A stretch of DNA of 64,000 nucleotides from an uncultured delta proteobacterium (lineage in GTDB: Bacteria; Desulfobacterota; BSN033; UBA1163): assembly GCA_963695895.1 (NCBI GenBank), contig CAVOIK010000022.1:70485-134484 (forward strand). Reading direction: 5' to 3'. A model generated the notes under the pieces. It was not told where the DNA came from. It ran no database searches and saw only the letters and a list, made by a program, of their open reading frames with translations. This document shows positions 39,956 to 48,774 of this stretch, piece after piece. A program made the translations under genes and the position numbers. The first letter of the stretch is position 1, and every line of letters begins with the position of its first letter.

Positions 39956-40354
39956 ATGGCTGAAGAGGAATATCGACCCCCGATGAAGGAATTTTTGGAC
40001 ATGCTCGCGGATCTTTTGTCGGAAAAATATTTTGAACGAATGGACGACCGGATGAAGAAGATTCCTGAGCTGCGACGGTTGATTACCGCCAAAGAAGCGA
40101 GTCAGTATCTGAGTCTTGCGACGGATACGGTCTACCGGATGGCCGCGATGAAGAAACTTCCCTACCTTAAAATCGGAGACCGAGTCCTTTTCGATCTAAA
40201 GGCCCTCGATCACTGGATTGAGAGACACTTGGTGAGGGAGAAAGAGATCAAGAGGCAGGAGTTGAAAATTGAGATCGAAAAGGGGAAGGCGAGCACCAAA
40301 TCTCCCAAGGAATCTGACCTGCTCGATCTTCTCAAGAGGAAGGGAAAAGAGTAA
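39956..40354 (+). CDS. small helix-turn-helix DNA-binding protein (excisionase/MerR-like HTH_17 type)
   Basis: 'ITAKEASQYLSLATDTVYRMAAMKKLPYLKIGDRVLFDLKALDHWI' followed by a Lys/Glu-rich tail. It begins 30 nt after the REC-LpxC stop. Confidence 0.6.
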   Translation: MAEEEYRPPMKEFLDMLADLLSEKYFERMDDRMKKIPELRRLITAKEASQYLSLATDTVYRMAAMKKLPYLKIGDRVLFDLKALDHWIERHLVREKEIKRQELKIEIEKGKASTKSPKESDLLDLLKRKGKE

Positions 40355-40503
40355 GCACTCGAAGCGATCTTCGGCCCTTTCTGAAAGACCGGCCTAAAAC
40401 CACGGTCTTCGGCATGATGGTTGTGCCTCGACGGAAGGGAGTCTCACCGAAGGCCACCTAATATCTTTTAATTGAATTACCTGAATGGATCGTTTATCTT
40501 TAT

Positions 40504-40561
40504 GGGCAAGTCGGCTGGATACCCCGCCTTCCTGCCGGTAGGCAGGGGCGGGGAGCTTCAC
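40504..40561 (+). repeat. REP-like nested-hairpin element
   Basis: 'GGGCAAGTCGGCTGGATaCCCCGCCttCCTGCCggtaGGCAGGGGCGGGGAGCTTCAC'. It ends 53 nt before ATG 40615. Confidence 0.8.
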
Positions 40562-40614
40562 TTCTGTTCAGCTGATCTGAGGATCGGAAGTCCTATCGAA
40601 AAGGAGGAACAGGT

Positions 40615-42513
40615 ATGGCATTGGGATATCGAGGCAAGATTCTTCATGTGGATCTGACGCACCGTAAGGTCGAAGTGGAAGACAAAGACGACACCTTCTA
40701 TCGGACTTATCTCGGTGGACGGGGAATCGGGTATCAATACTTGCTCAAAGAGGTGCCTCCACGCATTGACCCTTTTTCTCCCGAGAATATCCTTGTTCTG
40801 GCTACAGGGGTGATGACGGGAAGCCCTCTACCGGCAGCCTGCCGCTTTGCCGCTGTGGGGAAGTCGCCGCTCACAGGAACCGCAGGGGAATCGGAGGCGG
40901 CGGGGTTTTTCGGTCCTGAGCTGAAAATGGCAGGATTTGATGCCATTGTTTTTCGGGGAAAAGCGGACCGCCCTGTCTACTTGTGGGTGACAGAAGGGAA
41001 GGCGGAGATCAAGGACGCTTCGCATTTCGCCAAAGAGGGATCCAGAGAGGTGGAAGATAAGATTCGCGAAGAGATGGGCAGTAACAAGATACGCGTTGCC
41101 CAGACGGGTTTGGCAGGCATGAATCTCGTTCGGTTCGCAAATATTACAAACAATCTGGGTCACTTCAATGGCCGTGACGGGTTGGGAGCGGTGATGGGCT
41201 CTAAGAACGTCCGGGCTGTGGCTGCCCTGGGTACAGAAAAGATTCCCTTCCAGGACGTGGAGTTCTTGCGTCAGACCGCCAAGGAATATGCGGCGACGTT
41301 CAAGGATGTGGATCTGGGGAAGGGTCTATATGTTTATGGAACGACGGCGTTCTGCCAAATCCTATCCGTAGGCGGAGCCCTGCCAGTCAACAATTTTCGC
41401 CGGAGCGCACTCGAAGATCCAACCCCTGTCAGCGGAGATACCTACAATGAAGTCCTTCTTAAGGAGAGGAGGGGCTGCTATGCCTGCCCGATTCGCTGCA
41501 AACGAGGAATAGCCCTTGATGATCCCAAATACGGTGTTGATTCGCGGTATGGGGGACCGGAGTACGAAACCATGGCGGCCCTGGGAACCAATCTCAATAT
41601 CGTAAACCTCAAAGCGATCGCCAAAGGAAATGAGATCTGCAACCGTTACTGTCTCGATACGATCTCGATGGGAATGACGATCGCCTTTGCGTGTGAGTGT
41701 TATGAGAACGGGGTGATCAAGAAATCGGATACGGGGGGGCTAGAGCTTCGCTTTGGCGATGCAGACCTCATGATTAAATTGCTTGAGATGACTGCGCGAC
41801 GCGAGGGATTTGGCGACCTTCTGGCTGAAGGGACGGGGCGGCTGGCCGAAAAATGGGGAGTGAAAGACAACCCTTGCTATCTTGCCGTCAAAGGGCAAGA
41901 GCTCCCCATGCACGATCCCCGGGTGAAGGTTGGAGTGGGCATGGGATACGCCCTTAGCTCGTATGGAGCGGATCACATGTATGCGGCGCACGATACGGTA
42001 TTCACGGATGAGAAGTTTCTCTCCTTTCAGTCCATCAAGCCTCTGGGGATTCACAAAGCGCTCCATGCGACTCAGATTACGAGCGAAAAGGTGAGGATGT
42101 ATGCCCTGTTGGATACCCTCTGGAAGGTGCAGGATGCCCTGGGACTCTGCGTGTTTGGATACGCCCCCCGGGGAGTGATGCCTCTCGAAAAAATGGTCCA
42201 ATGTCTGAATGCGATTACAGGTTGGAATGCGAGTCTCTTCGAGCTGATGAAAGCCGCTGAGAGAGGAACCATGATGGCAAGGGCCTTTAACAGCCGCGAA
42301 GGGTTCACGATCAAGGATGACAAACTTCCCAAGCGCCTCTTCGACCCCAAACCCGACGGACCGAATGCCGGAAAGAAGATTTTTGAGGAAAGAGATTTTG
42401 ACAATGCCATCCGGCTCTTCCACGAGATGACGGGCGTCGATCCTGAGACAGGCCGTCCCCGGAAAGCAAAATTGGTGGAACTCGGATTGGAATGGGTAGA
42501 AGAGTTGTATTGA
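40615..42513 (+). CDS. aor: aldehyde:ferredoxin oxidoreductase (tungsten/molybdopterin AOR family)
   Basis: 632-aa ORF with N-terminus 'GKILHVDLT...YLGGRGIGYQYL', 'FAAVGKSPLTG', 'CYACPIRC' (4Fe-4S ligands) and 'GPEYETMAALG'. Confidence 0.88.
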   Translation: MALGYRGKILHVDLTHRKVEVEDKDDTFYRTYLGGRGIGYQYLLKEVPPRIDPFSPENILVLATGVMTGSPLPAACRFAAVGKSPLTGTAGESEAAGFFGPELKMAGFDAIVFRGKADRPVYLWVTEGKAEIKDASHFAKEGSREVEDKIREEMGSNKIRVAQTGLAGMNLVRFANITNNLGHFNGRDGLGAVMGSKNVRAVAALGTEKIPFQDVEFLRQTAKEYAATFKDVDLGKGLYVYGTTAFCQILSVGGALPVNNFRRSALEDPTPVSGDTYNEVLLKERRGCYACPIRCKRGIALDDPKYGVDSRYGGPEYETMAALGTNLNIVNLKAIAKGNEICNRYCLDTISMGMTIAFACECYENGVIKKSDTGGLELRFGDADLMIKLLEMTARREGFGDLLAEGTGRLAEKWGVKDNPCYLAVKGQELPMHDPRVKVGVGMGYALSSYGADHMYAAHDTVFTDEKFLSFQSIKPLGIHKALHATQITSEKVRMYALLDTLWKVQDALGLCVFGYAPRGVMPLEKMVQCLNAITGWNASLFELMKAAERGTMMARAFNSREGFTIKDDKLPKRLFDPKPDGPNAGKKIFEERDFDNAIRLFHEMTGVDPETGRPRKAKLVELGLEWVEELY

Positions 42514-42599
42514 TTTAGACTTATCTCAAGGATCTTCTCGACATAACGCGTGAGAAACGCTAGTATAGTATTAATATTGTTCAAAAGGAGGTGAGGTCG

Positions 42600-42662
42600 A
42601 TGAGATGGATGTTTCCCCATGCAACCCACTGTTCGACCTGCGGATCCATACGTCGGTCCTGA
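42600..42662 (+). CDS. hypothetical 20-aa peptide (MRWMFPHATHCSTCGSIRRS)
   Basis: A strong RBS aaggagg (42585-42591) lies 8 nt before the ATG. A possible promoter tcGACA-N17-TAgtAT sits at 42536-42564, and a terminator lies 60 nt downstream. I recognise no homology. Confidence 0.25.
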   Translation: MRWMFPHATHCSTCGSIRRS

Positions 42663-42723
42663 GCACGACGTGAAACTGCTCAGCGAAACGGCAAGAAAGA
42701 GTTACAGAAAGAAGGAACGATAC

Positions 42724-42755
42724 AGGCCGGTGAACCCAACACCGGCCTTTTTGTT
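42724..42755 (+). terminator. rho-independent terminator
   Basis: Stem 'aggccggtg' / 'caccggcct' with loop 'aacccaa', followed by 'tttttg'. Confidence 0.75.
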
Positions 42756-42783
42756 GCTGTCAAGAGATAAACGTGCAGCCCTT

Positions 42784-43587
42784 TTACCTTGCGAGCCATC
42801 CACCATCAACGGCAATCGTGTAACCGTTAATGTAGTTCGAGGCTTCCGAAGCAAGGAAAACAGCAATGCCTTTCAGATCATCCGGTATACCCCATCTTCC
42901 AGCGGGTATCCTTTCCAAGATCTCCTTGCTTCTTACCGGGTCTGCGCGCAATGGGGCCGTATTATCGGTCGCCATATACCCGGGGGCTATCGCATTCACA
43001 TTGATATTGTGTTTCGCCCACTCATTGGCCATGTTCGGTTCTAACACCGTCAGGCCCATCACCAACTGGCAGGTCTTCAACACCTTGGGATGGATAAACT
43101 GATTGATCGTTCTGACATTGCTCTTCTCAGGAGCACCCAGATGGAGGTGTTGAACATCTTTCATCGAAAGCTTCATTAGAGGATAAGCTGCGTGGGCAGG
43201 GGCACTGTTGAAATAGAATTTTGCCGGACTCTTTCCGTCAGGACTCTTAAAGGTCACCTCCTTGGAACCCATACCGATATAGAGGCACTCCCTACTCTCC
43301 AACACGTGCTCTTTTCCATCCACGGAGATCATTCCTTTCGATCCAATGTTGATGATCCCCATCTCCCTTCTCTGGAGAAAAAAATCGACGCCCAACTCCT
43401 TCGTCACCTTGAGCTCCACCTCCTGGTCTGCCGGGCAGGCTCCTCCAACGATGATGCGGTCCACATGGCTATAAACCATGTTCACTTTGTTCCTCTCGAA
43501 AAGTCCTTCTACTAAGAAGTGTTTCCTTAATGCCTCGGTATCTAACAGCTTCATCTGGTCAGGGTGAACCGCATATCGAATATCCAT
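42784..43587 (-). pseudogene. in-frame deletion chimera: KduI N-terminal ~185 aa fused to KduD C-terminal ~82 aa
   Basis: aa 1-185 match KduI ('MVYSHVDRIIVGG', 'FFLQRREMGIINIG', 'FYFNSAPAH', 'LKTCQLVMGLTVLEPN'). From aa 186, 'MANEWAKHNINVNAIAPGYMATDNT...IPAGRWG...NGYTIAVDGGWLAR' is the KduD/SDR C-terminus. The junction is at 43032/43033. Confidence 0.8.
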
Positions 43588-43756
43588 AACATTCCTCCTT
43601 CCTCTCTGGATTTATCCAACCCCTCTGATATTGCAATAAAACTCCTACCATTCAACCACGTTTTTATGACAACTGGAATTCATTGTCAATCAAGTTCTTG
43701 GAGCTGGTTCGAATCCTGCGATGGGGAGTCATATCCCTGGTATTCCCTTGCTTTGC

Positions 43757-43928
43757 GGACAGGTCGGCTGGATGCCCCGCCCTGGTTCTGTCCCGTCTTA
43801 ACGGAAGACAGGGAACTTCACCCGTACAACCGTGCAAAGCCCCGACTTTCAAAGTGGGGTAAAAAGCACGGCTCAGGGTGAACCTCGAGCAAGCCCCGAC
43901 CTTTGGGCCGGAAAGTCGAGAGGTTCAC
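43757..43928 (+). repeat. three-module REP-like element
   Basis: Module 1 is 'GGACAGGTCGGCTGGATGCCCCGCC...GGGAACTTCAC'. Module 2 is the 'CCGTGC..GCACGG' hairpin. Module 3 is the 'GTGAACCTCGAG...TCGAGAGGTTCAC' hairpin. The stretch 43829-43890 recurs at 48328-48389, including an identical 26-mer. Confidence 0.75.
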
Positions 43929-44053
43929 TATTACAACAGGTTGTGCAAGAAATAAACAGTCCCCTTGGTCCAGGGCCATTTCTCTATTGACAAGAGGTGG
44001 AGGATTGTATAACATGCGCTTTAATATGATATGAGCAGGGAAAGGAGGAAAAC

Positions 44054-45040
44054 ATGAAGAAGATTCTAGTCGTCGTATTGTCAGTGTCTTTGGTATCTTT
44101 TCTTTTTGCAGGAACCGCTTCCGTTGTTTTTGCGCAAAAGGTGATGAGGCTGGCGGAGACACATCCCCAGGATTATCCGACCACAAAGGGAGACTATGAG
44201 TTCGCCCGGCTCGTTAAGGAACGGACCAATGGACGGATTGTCGTCGAGGTTTTTCACAGCAAACAGCTGGGTGAGGAGGCCGCGGTCATTGAGCAGGTTC
44301 AATTGGGGGCCATCGATATGACCCGCGTCAGCATCTCGGCCGTCTCCTCCTTTGTCAGAGACCTCGATGCCTTTCAGCTGCCCTATCTGTATCGAGATGC
44401 AGCTCACATGTGGAAGGTATTGGACGGACCCATTGGGGATGAGATCCTAAAGAAACATGAGGCTTCTAATTTTGTGGGGGTTGGGTGGTTTGAAAGCGGA
44501 TCCAGAAACTTCTATACGAAAAAACCGGTTAAGACCGTGGGTGATCTGAAGGGGATGAAGATTCGTGTCCAGCAGGCACCTCTGATGGTAGGGATGGTGG
44601 AGGCCCTCGGCGCTGTGGCAACACCGTTGCCCTATGGCGAGGTCTATTCAGCTCTCCAGACCGGGGTGGTTGACGGTGCCGAGAACAACTGGCCAAGCTA
44701 TCTCACAACAAGCCATTTCGAGGTGGCGAAGTACTGGATTAGCGATGAACACACAAGGGTCCCGGAGATTACGGTGGGAAGCAAGAAGATTTTTGACAAG
44801 CTCTCCCCGGAGGACCGGGCCATCATCCTGAAAGCCATGAAGGATGCCCAGCCCTTCCAATATAAGCTATGGGTTGATTTTGAGAAGGTCGCTGAGAAAA
44901 CGGTTCGAGACAAGGGATGCACTATCACCGATGTAAGTCCTCAGGAGAAGCAGAAATTCATGGATGCCATGAAGCCAGTCTATGATAAGCAGCCTCCTGA
45001 GATCATGGCCGTGGTGAACAAGATCAGAGCGGTCAAGTAA
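44054..45040 (+). CDS. dctP: TRAP transporter substrate-binding protein (DctP family)
   Basis: 328-aa ORF with a signal peptide, 'MRLAETHPQDYPTTKG', 'QVQLGAIDM' and 'FESGSRNFYT'. Confidence 0.8.
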   Translation: MKKILVVVLSVSLVSFLFAGTASVVFAQKVMRLAETHPQDYPTTKGDYEFARLVKERTNGRIVVEVFHSKQLGEEAAVIEQVQLGAIDMTRVSISAVSSFVRDLDAFQLPYLYRDAAHMWKVLDGPIGDEILKKHEASNFVGVGWFESGSRNFYTKKPVKTVGDLKGMKIRVQQAPLMVGMVEALGAVATPLPYGEVYSALQTGVVDGAENNWPSYLTTSHFEVAKYWISDEHTRVPEITVGSKKIFDKLSPEDRAIILKAMKDAQPFQYKLWVDFEKVAEKTVRDKGCTITDVSPQEKQKFMDAMKPVYDKQPPEIMAVVNKIRAVK

Positions 45041-45063
45041 AGGTTTCTGCGACGGGATGAAAA

Positions 45064-45097
45064 GGGCAAGCGCTTTTTTATGTGCTTGCCCTTTTTT
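45064..45097 (+). terminator. rho-independent terminator after dctP
   Basis: Stem 'gggcaagc' / 'gcttgccc' followed by a T6 run (45092-45097). Confidence 0.7.
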
Positions 45098-45238
45098 ATA
45101 GACTTATTGTGCTGCAGTTCGTTTGGAAGCTCATTCTCTGTTATTCTGTCACATCTCCCCGAGTCAGCTCACGGGAAAGCTATAGCTCCATCCGACACAC
45201 TCCACTTACTCAACCCACTCAACCTGATCTTGGTAACT

Positions 45239-46571
45239 TCAGGGCATGAGAAGGTTCGGCAGAAACATGGTGATGGCCGGAATGTAGGTGACCATCATGA
45301 GCGTGATGAACATAGAGATATAGAAGGGAATGCAACCTCTTGATGCTCTTTCAATGGAGATTTTGCCTACGGCAGCTCCGACAAACAGGGCAGAGCCCAC
45401 CGGAGGAGTACACAGTCCGATGCAGAGGTTCATGAGAAGCATGATGCCAAAATGGACTGGATCCATTCCCATCTTTAGAACCAAAACGGGGAAGAGGATG
45501 GGCGTGCAAACAAGGATCAGGGGCGCCATATCCATGATGCATCCGAGGCCGATGAGCATCATATTGATCATAAAGAGAAGGACGTAGTAATTATCGGTGA
45601 TGGAAAGCAGCCATTGGGTGGCGAGCATGGGGATCCTCAAACGAGAAAGAAGATACCCGTACGCGCTTGCAGCAGCGATCAAGCTCATGACAATGGCCAG
45701 AGTCTTCAGGGAAGAGTAAAGGATCTTGACGAACCGGGTCAGTGGCGCTTCTCTGTAGACAAAGAAAGTGATAACGAAGGCATAAAGAACGGCAAAGGCG
45801 GCTGCCTCGGTCGCGGTGAAGACACCCACAATCACACCTCCGACAACAATGAAGGCCGTGCAGAGAGCGAGGAATCCATCGAGAAAGACGGCCACGCCCT
45901 CCTTGAAAGAATAGCCCTTACCTCTGGGGTATTTTCTCTTGATCGCAATGATGAGGGAGATGATCAACATCGTCACCCCCATCAATATTCCTGGAGCATA
46001 TCCCCCCAAAAAGAGTTTTCCAATGGAGACGACTAATAACTTTCCGTCTGTGAGCTGAGAGGCGCTCCCGACGGCGAAAGCATAAATGATCATATTGTGG
46101 CTGGGTGGAATGATGACCCCCTGACAAGCAGAGCAAACGGTCAGTCCAACAGAGAATTCGTCATCGTAGCCTTGTTTCTTCATCATGGGAATCACAATGG
46201 ATCCCAGGGAGGAGACATCAGCCACTGCAGAGCCGGAGATGCCCTCCGAAGAACATGCTGTCCATCACATTGACTAGCGCAAGGCCGCCCGGAAGTCTTC
46301 CCACAAAGAGATTCGCCAAATTGACAATCCTCTGAGAGACGCCCCCTTCATTCATGATCTCTCCCATGATAATGAAAAAGGGGATCGCCAGGAGCGAAAA
46401 ATTCATGACCCCGTCCGCCATGACTTTCACGATGGCCTCCAGGGGGACATTCAAATAGGTGCCGGTGATGATGGCTGAGATCGCCAGACAGAAGGTGATC
46501 GGCACTCGCAAGATAACCAGGATGCCGAAGATGCTCAGTAAGAGAGTAATTCCTATGGAGTCAACGATCAT
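45239..46571 (-). CDS. dctM: TRAP transporter large permease (DctM); one frameshift
   Basis: ORFs 46218..46571 and 45239..46225 are colinear. Removing one C from the CCC at 46242-46244 restores 'SMFFGGISGSAVADVSSLGSIVIPMM', the conserved DctM motif. Confidence 0.85.
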
Positions 46572-47113
46572 CTCTTCTCTCCGACGCTCATAAATTTTCG
46601 GTCAAGGTACTGGTCATCTTTATCCATACCGAAAAGGCCCATGACGGAATCGCAAAGGATCAACAAGCCGGCCAGGGGGATCAGGATAAATTTAAGGGAA
46701 GCGGGCAGGCTGGGTACGGAGGCAATGCTCCCTTTGATCCCCATGATGAGCAGAATCCCGTAATAGCAGAAGACAAAACCGATGACGGCGAGAATCAAAT
46801 GTTTAAGCTTCAGCAGGACAGTGGTGACCCATTGCGGTGTCCCTTTGGGAAAGAGGTTGACATTGATGTGGAGATCAAGCTTGACCCCGATGGCCATGCT
46901 CAAAAAGGTAAAAGCCGTCATGAGCACACAACTCGAGATCTCTTCCATCCAGGAGATCCCCGAAGCGAAGAAATATCTCATGATGACATTTGTGGAGATA
47001 ATCACCAACTGAAATGCCAGACAAAAAGACGCCAGAATGGCACTCAGGAAGTGGATTCTGTTTAGAATATATTTTACACTCACAGCGGCCTCGCTCCAAT
47101 CATGACGTTTCAC
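46568..47113 (-). CDS. dctQ: TRAP transporter small permease (DctQ)
   Basis: 181-aa ORF with 4 TM segments. Its stop overlaps the dctM start by 4 nt. Confidence 0.75.
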   Translation of the reverse strand: MKRHDWSEAAVSVKYILNRIHFLSAILASFCLAFQLVIISTNVIMRYFFASGISWMEEISSCVLMTAFTFLSMAIGVKLDLHINVNLFPKGTPQWVTTVLLKLKHLILAVIGFVFCYYGILLIMGIKGSIASVPSLPASLKFILIPLAGLLILCDSVMGLFGMDKDDQYLDRKFMSVGEKR

Positions 47114-47244
47114 CTTCGAACTATCAATCCCCGTGGACTGTCAGTCCACGGTCCCAAGCCCAGGCACAATGCCCATTAAATACAAAATAGAATTGCTCAT
47201 GTCAAGCTTTTTGTCCAATGGTTGGTCTAGGGTGAAGCCATTGA

Positions 47245-47291
47245 CTGGCAAGTGCCTTGCAAGCCCCGCCCTTTAGGGCGTGGGGCTTCAC
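47245..47291 (+). repeat. REP-like hairpin element
   Basis: 'CTGGCAAGTGCCttgcaagCCCCGCCCtttaGGGCGtGGGGCTTCAC'. It ends 15 nt before ATG 47307, and the RBS aaggagg lies in between. Confidence 0.75.
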
Positions 47292-47306
47292 ACCAAGGAG
47301 GATTCC

Positions 47307-47645
47307 ATGGCAGATCGGCTAATCAAATCAAAAGGCATACCTTTTCAAGAACTCAAGCCAGGGGTGAGCAGAAGGATTCTGGGGTACATTGATCAGCTCA
47401 TGCTTGTGGAAATGCGGTTCAAAAAGGGAACGATTGGAGAACCCCACGGTCATCCCCATGCACAGACAGGGTATGTTCTCCAGGGAAGTTTTGAGGTTCA
47501 GATGGGGGAGAAGAAGGAAATCCTGAGAGAGGGGGATTGTTACCTTGTAGAACCTCATGTCATTCACGGCGTGGTCTGTCTTGAAGACGATTCAAGGTTA
47601 CTCGATGTCTTTACGCCCAAGCGAGAGGATTTCTTGAAGTACTGA
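47307..47645 (+). CDS. cupin-domain protein
   Basis: 'GEPHGHPHAQTGYVLQGSFEV...GDCYLVEPHVIHG' shows the two-His cupin motifs. ATG 47307 with its RBS is preferred over the ORF-track GTG 47280, which lies inside the repeat. Confidence 0.7.
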   Translation: MADRLIKSKGIPFQELKPGVSRRILGYIDQLMLVEMRFKKGTIGEPHGHPHAQTGYVLQGSFEVQMGEKKEILREGDCYLVEPHVIHGVVCLEDDSRLLDVFTPKREDFLKY

Positions 47646-47733
47646 ACGAGAGTCCGTCCCTATGATGGCGGGAGCGCTTTGGCGCCCAGGGGCATAGGAA
47701 GGTATTCTTATTGTGAGATGATGTGGTAACAAA

Positions 47734-47763
47734 ACGGGGGGACAGTGGATACTGTCCCCCCGT
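47734..47763. terminator. bidirectional rho-independent terminator (cupin gene / HU gene)
   Basis: Perfect 13-bp stem 'acggggggacagt / actgtccccccgt' with loop 'ggat' and T-rich runs on both sides. Confidence 0.8.
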
Positions 47764-47866
47764 TCTTGTTTTTAAAACTGCGCCCGTCCAACTTGCGCGT
47801 AAACCTATCCATCTCCCGCTTAAGGGCTTAATTGAAATCTAAGATTTTTGCTTACGCCAAGACTTT

Positions 47867-48169
47867 CTACTTCTTTGGAAGGATTGAGTCTTTACATGCC
47901 TTGGCAATCCGCATCTTGACCACTTTCTTAGCCGGGATCTTGATTGGCTCGCCAGTGGCGGGGTTTCGGCCCATGCGGGCTTTGCGCTGAACAAGAACTA
48001 GTTTGCCGATGCCCGGAAGGACGAAGACACCCACTTTCTTCGTCTCTGAAACGGCCAGGGCCACTAGTCCTTCGAGGGCAGCGGCGGCACTCTTCTTGGG
48101 GATGTCACACTTCTCAGCAATGTGACTCACAACTTGGGCCTTGGTCAAAGGTTTCTTTCCTGCTACCAT
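47867..48169 (-). CDS. hup: HU/IHF-family nucleoid-associated DNA-binding protein
   Basis: 100-aa ORF with 'LPGIGKLVLVQRKARMGRNPATGEPIKIPAKKVVKMR', the beta-arm signature R-N-P-x-T-G. Confidence 0.85.
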   Translation of the reverse strand: MVAGKKPLTKAQVVSHIAEKCDIPKKSAAAALEGLVALAVSETKKVGVFVLPGIGKLVLVQRKARMGRNPATGEPIKIPAKKVVKMRIAKACKDSILPKK

Positions 48170-48321
48170 ATTGTTCCCTCCTCCTTGTTATAAGTTCTTG
48201 GTGCTGTACAAAAAGTCCCTTAGAAGAACAACTATATTTGAAAGATGACCGGCTGTCAAGAAAAAAAGCAAAAAAATTTATGCTTTTCGAACTATGATAT
48301 CCGTTAACAAAAATTGTCACC

Positions 48322-48729
48322 TGTTCGACCGTGCGAGCCCCGCCTTTCAAGGCGAGATAGGGAAGCACGGCTCAGGGTGAACCTCGAGCCCCTCGGCCTG
48401 AGCCGTTCGACAGGTTCAAGGCCCTGAGCTCAATCGAAGGGCTCGGGTCGAGGGCAAGCCCGTGCTTTTGGCCGGGGAGTTGACAGGTCACGGGCAAATC
48501 GGCTGGATGCCTAGCCTTGCAGGCGGGGAGGGCGGAAACGGACTCCCGCAGTGGAGTGAAGCTCCACGCCCTGAAGGGCGCGACTTCCCGGTAAGGTGCT
48601 TTCCTTTTATATTGTTCCCCTTGACCCCGCCATTGAGAGCGGGGTCAAGGGGAACTTGCCGGCCAAAGCCGACCCTATAATCCTGTCTACGTTACCCGGA
48701 AGCCCCACCCTGTGGGCAGAAAGCTTCAC
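48322..48729. repeat. ~400-bp cluster of REP-like modules in both orientations
   Basis: It contains the 'CCGTGC..GCACGG...GTGAACCTCGAGC' module (48328-48389), 'GGGCAAATCGGCTGGATGCC' (48492-48511), and an inverted copy 'GTGAAGCTCCacGCCCtgaaGGGCgcgaCTTCCCGGTAAGGT' (48556-48596). It also has a perfect 16-bp hairpin 'TTCCCCTTGACCCCGC cattgaga GCGGGGTCAAGGGGAA' (48615-48654) and a terminal 'CCCGGAAGCCCCACCCtgtGGGCagaAAGCTTCAC' (48695-48729). Confidence 0.8.
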
Positions 48730-48774
48730 TCCCCCATTTCAATTTGCCAAGAACTGTGGCATAAGATAAGGCCA

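Noticed and set aside
39956-40354. The excisionase-type HTH protein as a marker of a prophage or integrative element.
   Set aside because: No integrase, recombinase, att-like direct repeats, tRNA target or phage genes are nearby. Many stand-alone HTH_17 proteins are ordinary regulators.
40355-40614. A Moco/tungsten-cofactor riboswitch upstream of the aor gene.
   Set aside because: The leader is largely occupied by the REP-like element, and I could not recognise the conserved Moco-motif helices or loops by eye. This would need an Infernal scan to revisit.
48322-48729. The dense palindromic repeats were considered as a CRISPR array.
   Set aside because: The modules differ in sequence and orientation, are directly abutting without regular unique spacers, and belong to the dispersed REP-like family seen at eight other sites.
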